A program made the translations under genes and the position numbers. A DNA stretch of 64,000 nt, taken from the NCBI GenBank assembly GCA_963791045.1, contig CAWBQK010000001.1:1-64000 (forward strand), written 5' to 3'. The notes below the pieces were generated by a model that was not told the DNA's origin, ran no database searches, and worked only from the letters and a program-made list of their open reading frames with translations. The DNA is from Candidatus Latescibacterota bacterium (lineage in GTDB: Bacteria; Krumholzibacteriota; Krumholzibacteriia; WVZY01). Shown here piece by piece: positions 53,437-62,938 of this stretch (positions are counted from its first letter, which is position 1; each line of letters begins with the position of its first letter).

Positions 53437-53515
53437 CCTTTACCGTCCTAAAACAAAAGACCTCCTCCCGGAGTCGCCCCGCGGGAGAAGGTCTCCGATG
53501 GTCATCGTTATGCTC

Positions 53516-54670
53516 TTATTCAGCCTGTTCTCTTTTTGCCGCAGCGATTTTCTTGAGATCGCCCTGACGTGTGATTTGTTTCGTCGCGTAACTTCCCCAC
53601 TGCGGATCTCCGACGGCGTTCTCGAACTTTGAGATCGCCTCGTCGTAGCGCTGGAGTTTCTCGAGCGATTTGCCCCACGCACAGTACAACCCCGCCTTCT
53701 TGTCGGCGATTTCAAGCCCCTTCTTTGCGGTCTCAATCGCTTTGGTAGGATTGTTGGTCTGGTTGTACGACATCGCGAGATACTGGTACGCCTCGGAAAA
53801 ATCGGGCTTGAGTTCGATGGCCTTCGCAAACTCCGGAGCGGCCTTGTCGTACTGCTTATTCTGGAAATACGAGATCCCGAGGTTGAACCGATGCGCCGGG
53901 CTCTCCGGATCGGCTTTGACGAGATCCTCGAACACTGCCTCAGACTTTTCAAAATCCTTGTCTTCGATATAGAGCCGGCCCAGCTGGGTCTTGATCTTAA
54001 CGGACTCTTCGGGCGGGGCCACTGTGACGGCACGTTCGTAAAGTTCGAGCGATTTTTCCTTGTCTCCCTCATCCATGGCCATCTTGGCCAGGCTTCCAAG
54101 ACTCTGGTAATCATTCGGATCGATTTCTAAGGCTTTTTCATAATGAATCTTGGCGTTGACGGGATCGTTCATGCCCTTGTAAATCACGCCGAGGCGGACA
54201 TGCGCGTCGTGATTCCCCGGCTCGAGCGCCACAACTTTTTTGTAGGTTTCGACGGCCGGAGCGTACTGCTTGGAGAGCACCTGGTAATGACCGAGATTCG
54301 CGAGAAGGCGAAGATCTTCGGGGTATTTCTTGACCACAGTCTCGTACGCGGTCGCCGCCTTGTCGTATTGCTTGAGATTCGAATAGCATTTTCCGAGTTC
54401 ATGGAGCGCGTCGAACCGTGACGGATCCGTCGCGATGACTTTTTCGAACTCGGCCGCCGCTTTTTCATAATCACCGGCGGCTACAAACTGCTGCGCCGTC
54501 TGGAACATGAGATCGACCTCGGTGAGGTTCCGTTCGAATCCACGATCGTCGGTTGTTGTACTTATAACTTTTTTGTCATCTTGTGCATATGCACTTCCCT
54601 CGCCGTCAACCAACATCCCAGGTATCAGGAGCAGTCCCGACAAAACGACGATCAGTATCGATTTATTCAT
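53516..54670 (-). CDS. Secreted TPR protein
   Basis: Signal peptide and multiple TPR repeats. Confidence 0.9.
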   Translation of the reverse strand: MNKSILIVVLSGLLLIPGMLVDGEGSAYAQDDKKVISTTTDDRGFERNLTEVDLMFQTAQQFVAAGDYEKAAAEFEKVIATDPSRFDALHELGKCYSNLKQYDKAATAYETVVKKYPEDLRLLANLGHYQVLSKQYAPAVETYKKVVALEPGNHDAHVRLGVIYKGMNDPVNAKIHYEKALEIDPNDYQSLGSLAKMAMDEGDKEKSLELYERAVTVAPPEESVKIKTQLGRLYIEDKDFEKSEAVFEDLVKADPESPAHRFNLGISYFQNKQYDKAAPEFAKAIELKPDFSEAYQYLAMSYNQTNNPTKAIETAKKGLEIADKKAGLYCAWGKSLEKLQRYDEAISKFENAVGDPQWGSYATKQITRQGDLKKIAAAKREQAE

Positions 54671-54779
54671 TTTTACCCTTCCTTACTCAGGGAGACAACA
54701 CTCAGCAAGCAACCCATTATAAATATGGGTGTTAGCCCCCACCTGTGTCAAGTAATGATCCCAAAGACTTTCCGCGAGC

Positions 54780-55443
54780 TCATTCGCCCATATCCATGTA
54801 AGTCTTTATGAGTTCAACGTTTTCGGCCGCAGTTCTACCCACTTCACTTTCCGGGCTCAGGGCCACGACCCTCTCCCATTCCCGGACCGCCTCGGCGAAC
54901 AACTTCGAATCGGCAAAGGCAAGCCCCAGGTTGTAATGCGCCTGGGCGCTTTCCGGGTCTATCCCCAGAGCGTCCTGGTAGAAGGACACGGCTTTTCCGA
55001 TTTCACCGCGGACGTGGTAATAGTGACCGAGATGACAGCGGGCGAGAACGTCATTTGGGTCGGCCTCGATCGCCTTCTCGAAGCTGCCCCGGGCCCGGTC
55101 AAATCGGTTGATCCTGTCATAGGCGATTCCGCAATTGACGTAGGCCTTTGCATACGTCGAATCCAGCGAAATCGCCTCCTCGTAATAAGCAATCGCGCTG
55201 TCGGGCTGATCGAGACCGAGGTACGCGTTGCCGAGATAGAAACTCAACACGGCATCCTCCGCGCCGTCATCCATCAACCCACGAAGATAAGATACTTTTT
55301 CCTCTCCCGACAACCCATCGAGCTCTTTCTTGACCTCGTCGATATCGACCGCATGCGCGACAGGCAGGAACATAACAGAGAAAAGAATTGCCGCGATGCC
55401 ATACAGCATGAATGGTTGTATTCGAAGTGAAACGTTTTTCATT
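54780..55443 (-). CDS. TPR protein (start uncertain)
   Basis: AYVNCGIAY and AHYNLGLAF TPR motifs. Confidence 0.85.
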
Positions 55444-55504
55444 GTGTCATTCGGTGTATCGCCCGGCGCTTCCGCGGCGCCGGAACCAAAACCGTCCCTC
55501 GGGC

Positions 55505-56740
55505 CTAGTAGTTTCGGCCGCCCTTCCTCTTCCATAGCTCGCTTCCGCAGATCCCGACATACACTCGGATGAGCCGATCTTCTATTCCGTTGTTTTTCAA
55601 CGAACCGGCCTGCCCAAACTGGAGCGCGAGATCGATTTTGCCCATCCCATTCTTGATCGAGAAACCGGTTCCCAGCGAGACGAGAAATTTTTTCAAGGGC
55701 TCGCCCTGGGGGTAATCAAAAGGAAGTGTCTGATAATTGAAACCCAACCGCAGGGGCATCCGCTTTCCTTTCAACGAAATCCCGGGGAGATACTCGAGAC
55801 CAAGCGCGTAGCTCTTCTCTTCGGCTAACCGATCGACGGGAAACGACAACCCCTCGAATTTCTTGAAATCACTGTAGGTGTAACTTGCAAGGAGAAGAAA
55901 TCTATTGGCAACGCGCCATGATATCCCGGCATTCACGCGCGAAGGCAATTTAACCGTACGCGTGTAGGACGTGTCGACGGTGGCGAGATCGCGGAATTGT
56001 TCGCGAACATCGGAATCATAGTCGATGCCGCTTTCCCACATCCCTCCGATCGTCAGGCCATCAAGGGGAAAGAGAACCAAACCGGCGGCGTAACCGGTGC
56101 CGCTCATGGATACTTTTCTTAACGCGCCCGACGGCTCGTACAAAGGATCCTCAAATACCACGTCCCATCTTTCCTCCACAGAACCGTCCTCGAGCGAGAA
56201 CGTCAGCCCGACGGATGCGAAACGCGTGACGTCGAATGACGCCGTCAATGGAATCGAAAACAACCCACCGGACCTTGTGTACGTGGTCGTGTATACGTCG
56301 TCGCTTTCGGTTGCATCATCGACAACAAATCCGCCCTCTGGATCGAACCTGCCCATATATCCGATCGAAAACCGGAACAGATTGTAAACGGGGAATACAA
56401 TCCGCAATCCTGTAAAAGCGACCGAAATGTCCCGCTCGCGGTAGTCGTCCGAACGGCCCTGGTCGATCCCGACAAACTGCGATGCGCCGATCGTCACCCG
56501 CGGCAGTTTGGAGAGAAGCGCCGGGTTCGCGCTGACGGCGGCGAGTGAATCCACCAGGATCTGCTGCGATCCCCCAAGCGATACGGCACGGACATCCCCA
56601 GCGTCGAGCCGCTCGCCAACAAGAATCATGCTGTAGGTCGACACCGCCCTCACACCTACGGGCACAAGAAGCCCAAGAACGATCAGGATGGTCATGAGAT
56701 AATTGCGATTCGGCATCTTGCTAACTACCTTACTTGCCAA
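55505..56740 (-). CDS. Outer-membrane beta-barrel (FadL/PorV-like)
   Basis: RAVSLGG...NPALL hatch motif; amphipathic strands. Confidence 0.7.
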   Translation of the reverse strand: MASKVVSKMPNRNYLMTILIVLGLLVPVGVRAVSTYSMILVGERLDAGDVRAVSLGGSQQILVDSLAAVSANPALLSKLPRVTIGASQFVGIDQGRSDDYRERDISVAFTGLRIVFPVYNLFRFSIGYMGRFDPEGGFVVDDATESDDVYTTTYTRSGGLFSIPLTASFDVTRFASVGLTFSLEDGSVEERWDVVFEDPLYEPSGALRKVSMSGTGYAAGLVLFPLDGLTIGGMWESGIDYDSDVREQFRDLATVDTSYTRTVKLPSRVNAGISWRVANRFLLLASYTYSDFKKFEGLSFPVDRLAEEKSYALGLEYLPGISLKGKRMPLRLGFNYQTLPFDYPQGEPLKKFLVSLGTGFSIKNGMGKIDLALQFGQAGSLKNNGIEDRLIRVYVGICGSELWKRKGGRNY

Positions 56741-57905
56741 ATTCAGCGGGGGCGGACAACGTGAAACGGTAAGTCGGTTTCAAACTGTCGGCCGCACTGC
56801 TCGTATAAAATTCCATTCTTCGCATCGCAGTCCCCTCGTTCGTGAACTGGAGCACAAACCCCGCGTCGTCCCGGCCCTGCGACAACATCAACTGAAGCGC
56901 ATTTCGAATCGAAAACTTGAGTTTCTCAAAATCCGCGGGGACCACAACCGCCGTCACCAAAGTGCCCGACAGGATCCCGGGATCGGCAAAATCAACCGAC
57001 TCGGGAATATAGAGCGTGAGGGAAAAGTCCGTTCCCACTCGCGAATCGGGAACGATAAAGATTTCCAGAGTCGCTTCATGGACAAATGTTTCCGGGTCCA
57101 CGATCGACAGGTCCACCGGGATGAACACACGCTGCGCGGTCCCATCCGACAAGAGCAAATTGGTCGTGGTTCCGTGATCCTGCACGAATGTCCCGTCGGC
57201 GAGCATCTGGTACGTGGATTGTTTTCCATTTGTGAACACGACCTGGAGAAGCGGTTTGTTCTGGAGCGGGTCGTCGGACGGACTCGGATAAAGCCGCGAG
57301 CCGTATTCGATCATCCTCTCGACCGTGGGATCGTTGAGAACGACCGCGAATCCATTATTGGGCCTGTCTCCGCGAATCCATTCCTGAACAACCTGAGGGT
57401 CGAGGTTGTAGGACCTCGGAATGTTCGTCATGATTCGATCGGTGTTGACCTGCGTGTCATCGGGTATCGGGTCCCCCAACGGCAGATCGAATAGCGTGTC
57501 GCTCTCCGAATACGGCTCTTCGAGTTCGTTGAACACAGCGCCGAACTCAGGCACGCCGGATGTATCGATCGCGCTGATCAGCGTGAGCAGAATCCACGCC
57601 TCGTCGACGACTAGAAGCGTATCTTCACCCGCCGTTGAAAAGTTCGGACGAACGATCATCCACGATTCAAAATCGTCCCGGCGTCCAAGCCACATCCGAT
57701 CGTTGTACGCCATAAGAGAGTTGACGGGGAACACCGCGTCCCCGGACACCACCGGGAATGTATCCTGGAACACTTCGCCGGGCTGGCTCTGGATGAGCCC
57801 ATCATCGACGAAGTCGGACCCCAAAGGGGTTTCCGGGTCCGACGTGCATCCCGCGGCAAGCGCGAGAATCAGGTAAAGGGCCGCGACGGCGGCGAGTCTA
57901 TTCAT
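56730..57905 (-). CDS. Hypothetical lipoprotein
   Basis: Lipobox AAGC; LVQEW-like...NNGF segment. Confidence 0.75.
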   Translation of the reverse strand: MNRLAAVAALYLILALAAGCTSDPETPLGSDFVDDGLIQSQPGEVFQDTFPVVSGDAVFPVNSLMAYNDRMWLGRRDDFESWMIVRPNFSTAGEDTLLVVDEAWILLTLISAIDTSGVPEFGAVFNELEEPYSESDTLFDLPLGDPIPDDTQVNTDRIMTNIPRSYNLDPQVVQEWIRGDRPNNGFAVVLNDPTVERMIEYGSRLYPSPSDDPLQNKPLLQVVFTNGKQSTYQMLADGTFVQDHGTTTNLLLSDGTAQRVFIPVDLSIVDPETFVHEATLEIFIVPDSRVGTDFSLTLYIPESVDFADPGILSGTLVTAVVVPADFEKLKFSIRNALQLMLSQGRDDAGFVLQFTNEGTAMRRMEFYTSSAADSLKPTYRFTLSAPAEFGK

Positions 57906-57976
57906 ACTGATTTCCTTGATCGTAATTGCAAATTACTATCACAAAATATCTTATAACGTCAAGGCGATTAGCCCGA

Positions 57977-58378
57977 CTATTGGACGGGTTTGGTCGACAC
58001 CACCAGTCGCTTCGCACCAGCCCCTTTGACGATATCCATCACCTCGACCACCGTGCCGTGCGACACGCGCGAGTCCGCCTTGAGGACAATGGATTTCTCT
58101 TCGCTCTCGTCGAGCTTTCCCTTTAGCAGCGCGGGGAGAAGAGACATATCAACGGGTTCGTCATTGAGGTACACCGCTCCGTTAGGATCGATATACACGA
58201 CGATTGGATTCTGGCGCACCACATCCGAGTGCGCGGCTTTGGGCAGTTCGAGCTTTATGGCAGGGGTCGCAAGAAAAGAGGTCGATATCATAAAGAATAT
58301 CAACAACAGGAACAAAACATCGATAAGCGATGTAACGTTCAATATGACGGATCGTTTTTTTTGCGGTCTAAGTTGCAT
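57977..58378 (-). CDS. exbD: ExbD/TolR biopolymer transport protein
   Basis: LNVTSLIDVLFLLLIFFMI and LKAD motifs. Confidence 0.9.
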   Translation of the reverse strand: MQLRPQKKRSVILNVTSLIDVLFLLLIFFMISTSFLATPAIKLELPKAAHSDVVRQNPIVVYIDPNGAVYLNDEPVDMSLLPALLKGKLDESEEKSIVLKADSRVSHGTVVEVMDIVKGAGAKRLVVSTKPVQ

Positions 58379-59015
58379 CGGAAAAATCTCTCACATTCGT
58401 CGACGACTGCTGATCCATCGCGGCGAGATTCTTTAACAAAATATGGGCGTACGTTTCTATCTTTATAACGAAGTTGTCCACGCGCGAATCAAAAAAGTTG
58501 TAAGCGATCAGCGCGGGAATACCAACAGACAGCCCAAACGCCGTCGTAATGAGCGCCTGGGCGATACCGCCCGACAGGAGCCCCGCCTGGCCGACGCCGG
58601 AGATGCTGATGACAGAGAATACATTGATCATACCAAACACGGTTCCCAGCAGCCCAAGAAGCGGGCTGGCCGCGGCGACCGTTTCGAGAACTACCAGATA
58701 TCGGGAAAGGCGTTTGACCTCACGACGCCCCGTGTCTTCCATCGCCTGGCGAATAACGGCCAGCGGCGAGGCGGATTCTTCGAGCCCCGCGCGAACCACG
58801 TTGGCAAACGGCGTGTTGTAGCGCTCGCAAATCTTGATCGCCATCGGTATATCCGCGGCGGAACGAACCGATTCGATACAGTTGATGATTTCGCGCTGCA
58901 AAACCCTCTGTGTCGTTAGACTCAAGATCTTCTCGATCACGACACCAAGACCCAACACTGACAACAAAGTCAGCGGGATCATCACCGGTCCCCCCTTAAC
59001 GAGGATCGCCCACAT
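58368..59015 (-). CDS. exbB: MotA/TolQ/ExbB proton channel protein
   Basis: PLLGLLGTVFGMI and GIAQALITTAFGL motifs. Confidence 0.9.
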   Translation of the reverse strand: MWAILVKGGPVMIPLTLLSVLGLGVVIEKILSLTTQRVLQREIINCIESVRSAADIPMAIKICERYNTPFANVVRAGLEESASPLAVIRQAMEDTGRREVKRLSRYLVVLETVAAASPLLGLLGTVFGMINVFSVISISGVGQAGLLSGGIAQALITTAFGLSVGIPALIAYNFFDSRVDNFVIKIETYAHILLKNLAAMDQQSSTNVRDFSDAT

Positions 59016-59020
59016 CTAGC

Positions 59021-59884
59021 CTACTCCTTTCCGAAAAACTCTCTTTCATCGCCCGGCAATAGATAATAAAAACCGAACGTAACATCCAGGTATTCCTCGG
59101 GGAAGTCATCGGGCAACGGCCGGAACGGAGCCGCGCCTTTTATCGCGTTGCTGCTCGAACGATGGAGAGAGTCGTGGCCCAGGGATTCAACGACGTCGAG
59201 GCCGACCATTTTCCCATCCGGATAAATCCTAAAGCTGATCTTCGTATAACCGTGAATCGCCCCCAGGGCCGTAAACGCCAGAGGAGGAATCCAATGGCGC
59301 TTGATTCTTCGTTTCAAGTCTAGCAAATACGGCGCAAAATCCCAAGCCGTGGTATTTATCGAAATTCCGCCGACGGACGCCCTCGCCGAATCCTCGTGCT
59401 TGAATTCCGGGTTTTGCTGGGGCAGGCTCGGCGCCCTGCTCGGAGACTGCTGATCGAGGAACTTGGAACGCTTGAACGCTTCCCCGAGGTCGGTCATCTC
59501 TTCCGGCAGGGGCGGGAGTTCGCTCTCTCCTCCGCCTTCCTCTCCCGGTTGCGGGGACGGTGTATCCGGAATCGGCACCACTCCCCCGCTTCTTGGAAGC
59601 GCCGAATCATCATTGCGATCATCGTTGTCGCTGGCCGCCGATGATACCGTCGACAGGTATTTGCTCGCCCTTTCTGTCGGAGTCGGCGTATTTGGCGGCG
59701 AGACCAGTTCAAACTCTATTGGTTCCACCACGATAGGCGGTTCCTCGAATTCCAGGAAATCCGACGGAAACATGTCCTTGATCCCCGGAATGAGCGCGAC
59801 GGCGTGTATCATAATCGACACCACCACGGCCCAAAAGATCGTCGGGTCTCTGTGATGCAACGCGGCCGGTGATAGTACGCTCAT
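59021..59884 (-). CDS. TonB/TolA-like energy transducer
   Basis: TM helix with SxxxH, Pro-rich linker, C-terminal YLLDLKRRIKRHW...AAPFRPLP. Confidence 0.85.
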   Translation of the reverse strand: MSVLSPAALHHRDPTIFWAVVVSIMIHAVALIPGIKDMFPSDFLEFEEPPIVVEPIEFELVSPPNTPTPTERASKYLSTVSSAASDNDDRNDDSALPRSGGVVPIPDTPSPQPGEEGGGESELPPLPEEMTDLGEAFKRSKFLDQQSPSRAPSLPQQNPEFKHEDSARASVGGISINTTAWDFAPYLLDLKRRIKRHWIPPLAFTALGAIHGYTKISFRIYPDGKMVGLDVVESLGHDSLHRSSSNAIKGAAPFRPLPDDFPEEYLDVTFGFYYLLPGDEREFFGKE

Positions 59885-59893
59885 ACGGCAACC

Positions 59894-60727
59894 CTACCCG
59901 TCGACACGTTCCAGTCGGCACACCACGGTACCGGTAAACAGCTCACGGAGCAGCGGAACACGTGTCGTGAAATCAAGAACCCGGAATTTCGCCGGTTTGA
60001 GTTCCTCGAACGACATTCTGAATTCGGGGACCTCTTTGACGATTCTTCTATAACGGCGAATACTCATGTGATTGAGATCGTTGTCATACGAAAACATGAT
60101 CGCGTCGAGTTTTTTCTCAATCGCATCATCGGTCATGTCGCCGTTCCGTGATTTCAATATCTCACGAATCGCCCGCTTCAGCGATTCGCGGCTGAAAAGC
60201 AGATGACACCACGGGGTGTACACGTAATCGTAAAGATGCGACCCGAGCGGCGAGAAATGTGGGGTAAAAAAGAACCAGACAGCGCCACCGGGTTTTGTAA
60301 CACGGGCCATTTCTCTGACGGCACCCTCGGGATTCGCGAAGTGCTCCATCGCGTCGTTGGCCACGACGGTGTCGAACATTCCTGAAGGAACCGGGAGCGC
60401 GGATGCGTCACCGGCAAAAAATCCCCAGCGAAAAGACCTCCCTTCGCGTGACGCGAATTCTTCGCTGGCCAGCATATGATCGAGCGATATGTCCGTGCCA
60501 TAAACCTCCGCCGCACCCGCCTCGCCATACGCCACGGTCTTGCCTCCAAGCCCGCACCCGATGTCTAATATTCTTTTACCGCCGACGTCCGCTCTTGGTT
60601 CCAGATACTCCCGGATGAGCTCGCGCCCCCAGTGATATTCCCACTCCGAATACGCCTCGGCGGACTCACGTCCGCCCACACCCGGCCTCCGGAACACCTT
60701 GTTTAATAATATAATTAGCTTGTTCAC
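59894..60727 (-). CDS. Class I SAM-dependent methyltransferase
   Basis: ILDIGCGLGG and ARVTKPGG motifs. Confidence 0.9.
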   Translation of the reverse strand: MNKLIILLNKVFRRPGVGGRESAEAYSEWEYHWGRELIREYLEPRADVGGKRILDIGCGLGGKTVAYGEAGAAEVYGTDISLDHMLASEEFASREGRSFRWGFFAGDASALPVPSGMFDTVVANDAMEHFANPEGAVREMARVTKPGGAVWFFFTPHFSPLGSHLYDYVYTPWCHLLFSRESLKRAIREILKSRNGDMTDDAIEKKLDAIMFSYDNDLNHMSIRRYRRIVKEVPEFRMSFEELKPAKFRVLDFTTRVPLLRELFTGTVVCRLERVDG

Positions 60728-60900
60728 GCAGATTGAGAAAGCAAAAATCCCCCGCTTGACGCAATCTCCACGTTCAAACCAAAGGACTTGCGAAAAATCA
60801 GAAACTTGTTAAAATAATAGAGATTCGTCTGCCAAAGTTATCAGAACCAGACCGGATAACCAATTAAAAATAATACGATTTAGCCCTGGAGTCATCCAAA

Positions 60901-61149
60901 ATGCCAACATACGAGTACGAATGCACTAAGTGCGGAATCTCATTTGAGTTACAGCAAAAAATGACCGACAAACCCCGTGAGCGCTGCCCCAAATGCCGCG
61001 GGAAAGTCATCCGCTTGATCTCGGGCGGCGGAGGCGTCATCCTCAAGGGGAATGGTTTTTATGCAACTGATTATCGTAGTGACGCCTACAAAAAAGCCGC
61101 CAAATCGGATAAGGCCGCGGGCGCTGAGAAGAAAACCGCAAACTCGTAG
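60901..61149 (+). CDS. FmdB-family zinc-ribbon protein
   Basis: MPTYEYECTKCG...CPKC...KGNGFYATDY. Confidence 0.92.
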   Translation: MPTYEYECTKCGISFELQQKMTDKPRERCPKCRGKVIRLISGGGGVILKGNGFYATDYRSDAYKKAAKSDKAAGAEKKTANS

Positions 61150-61180
61150 CGATCACCGACGGCAAGATACGCGGTGGAAC

Positions 61181-61672
61181 TTAGTCGTGTGGTTGTGAGA
61201 GGAGCTTTCTCAACCCGTTGACAAGGGCGTCACGTTCGGCGTTGTCGAGCACGCCCACAACGCGGTTGGCTTCTTCGACCCGCACCTTGATTCCCTTGTT
61301 GACAATATCCAAACCTGCAGGCGTCAATTCGATCAGGATTGCGCGGCGGTCTTCCGGATCGGGTCGTCGCTCAACCAAACCCGACATCTCCAGCCTGTCA
61401 AGCCTGTTAGTCATTGCCCCGGACGACAGGACCACCGACCGGCTGATTTCACTCGGATTCATCCGGTAAGGATGCCCCTGTCGGCGAAGCGCGGCGAGCA
61501 CTTCGAATGCCCACAAATCCACACCCAATCGACCAAGCTCTTTTCTCGCCTTACTTCTTAACATTTTTGATAACAATAGGATACGACCGATAATCTCGAG
61601 GCCGGCTGTATCCAGGTCGGGCCGTTGGGCCTGCCACTGCGCATGAATCTCGTCAAATGGATCTGTTCCCAT
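61181..61672 (-). CDS. MarR-family regulator (PecS/TamR-like)
   Basis: QWQAQRPDLD, SGAMTNRLDRLE and DPEDRR motifs. Confidence 0.9.
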   Translation of the reverse strand: MGTDPFDEIHAQWQAQRPDLDTAGLEIIGRILLLSKMLRSKARKELGRLGVDLWAFEVLAALRRQGHPYRMNPSEISRSVVLSSGAMTNRLDRLEMSGLVERRPDPEDRRAILIELTPAGLDIVNKGIKVRVEEANRVVGVLDNAERDALVNGLRKLLSQPHD

Positions 61673-61691
61673 GCCTTCATAATATCAAACG

Positions 61692-61710
61692 ATACCTTGA
61701 TGTCAAGTAT
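61692..61710. promoter_or_regulatory. Putative MarR operator
   Basis: Palindrome CTTGA-TG-TCAAG within ATACCTTGATGTCAAGTAT in the divergent intergenic region. Confidence 0.6.
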
Positions 61711-61813
61711 TCTCACATAGATATTATGATTGACATGTTTCTTTATGTAATACATCTTTATATAAAACTTTATTCAGTCTCCCGTTGGCCCGGATTTTTG
61801 ACCAGGATGAACC

Positions 61814-62938
61814 ATGAAAAAGAAAGAATCTGAAAATACGAATCCAATACGCGAGAGTCAGGATTCCCCCCGCGTCAACATCGCCCTCGACGGCGCCACG
61901 CCTCGAGAGGAATGGCACATTGGCGATTTGGCATTCGCCACCGATATCGCCAGGGACCTGACGCTTCCGGTCGAGGAGCGAATCGAGGCGTTTGATGACA
62001 TATTCGACTCCGAAGTCGGAGATACCAACCTTGTGCGAGCAAGAAACATTGAACGAGAAACAGGATTTCGACAGCTCTATCTGAAGTTTGAGGGCGGCAA
62101 TCCCACAGGAACCCAGAAAGACCGGATTGCCTTTGCCCAGGCAGGCGACGCAGTCCGCCGCGGTTTTGACGCCGTCACGGTGGCAACTTGCGGCAACTAC
62201 GGCGTCGCAGTCGCGCTGGCGACCTCGCTCATCGGCCTGCGCTGCGTTGTCTATGTGCCCTGCAACTATCATTCGCGCCGTCTAAAAGAAATGGAGTCGT
62301 TCGGAGCAAGCATCATCCGCGAGGGCGACACTTATGAAGCCGCCGTCATCGCTTCCCGAGGATATGCGGAAAAGGAAGAAATTTATGACGCGAACCCGGG
62401 CGGCGCAAACACCACCACCCAGCTTCGCGCTTACGGTCAGATCGCGCACGAAATATACGATGATCTCCGGGACGCGCCGGCAATCGTGGGGATCCCGGTG
62501 TCCAACGGGACGACGCTCGCTGGAATCCACAAAGGGTTCGTCAGTCTGTACCGTCGAGGCAAGACATCACGAATTCCACGCATAGTTGCCGGCTCGTCGA
62601 CACGCAAGAATCCGATCGTCCATGCCTGGATCAAAAACCTTCCGGAATGCGAAGACCTCTCGCCGGTCGAAATCCGGGAAACGGATATTAACGAACCGCT
62701 CATCAACTGGCACTCGATCGATGGCGATCTGGCGCTGGATTCAATACGAAAGTCGAACGGATGGGCGGTCAACGCATCGGACAAAAAAATGCTGACGTAT
62801 TCGAAGTTTATCAGGGAACGGGAAGGACTGAGCGTTTTGCCGGCTTCGACGGCGGCGCTTATTGCGTTGATTGAAGGTCACGCCAAAGAAGCCCTGCCGA
62901 ACGACCGCTACGTCGTCCTTTTGACGGGAAAAAGATGA
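61814..62938 (+). CDS. Threonine synthase-like fold-type II PLP enzyme
   Basis: LYLKFEGGNPTGTQKDR, ATCGNYG and PVSNG motifs. Confidence 0.85.
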   Translation: MKKKESENTNPIRESQDSPRVNIALDGATPREEWHIGDLAFATDIARDLTLPVEERIEAFDDIFDSEVGDTNLVRARNIERETGFRQLYLKFEGGNPTGTQKDRIAFAQAGDAVRRGFDAVTVATCGNYGVAVALATSLIGLRCVVYVPCNYHSRRLKEMESFGASIIREGDTYEAAVIASRGYAEKEEIYDANPGGANTTTQLRAYGQIAHEIYDDLRDAPAIVGIPVSNGTTLAGIHKGFVSLYRRGKTSRIPRIVAGSSTRKNPIVHAWIKNLPECEDLSPVEIRETDINEPLINWHSIDGDLALDSIRKSNGWAVNASDKKMLTYSKFIREREGLSVLPASTAALIALIEGHAKEALPNDRYVVLLTGKR

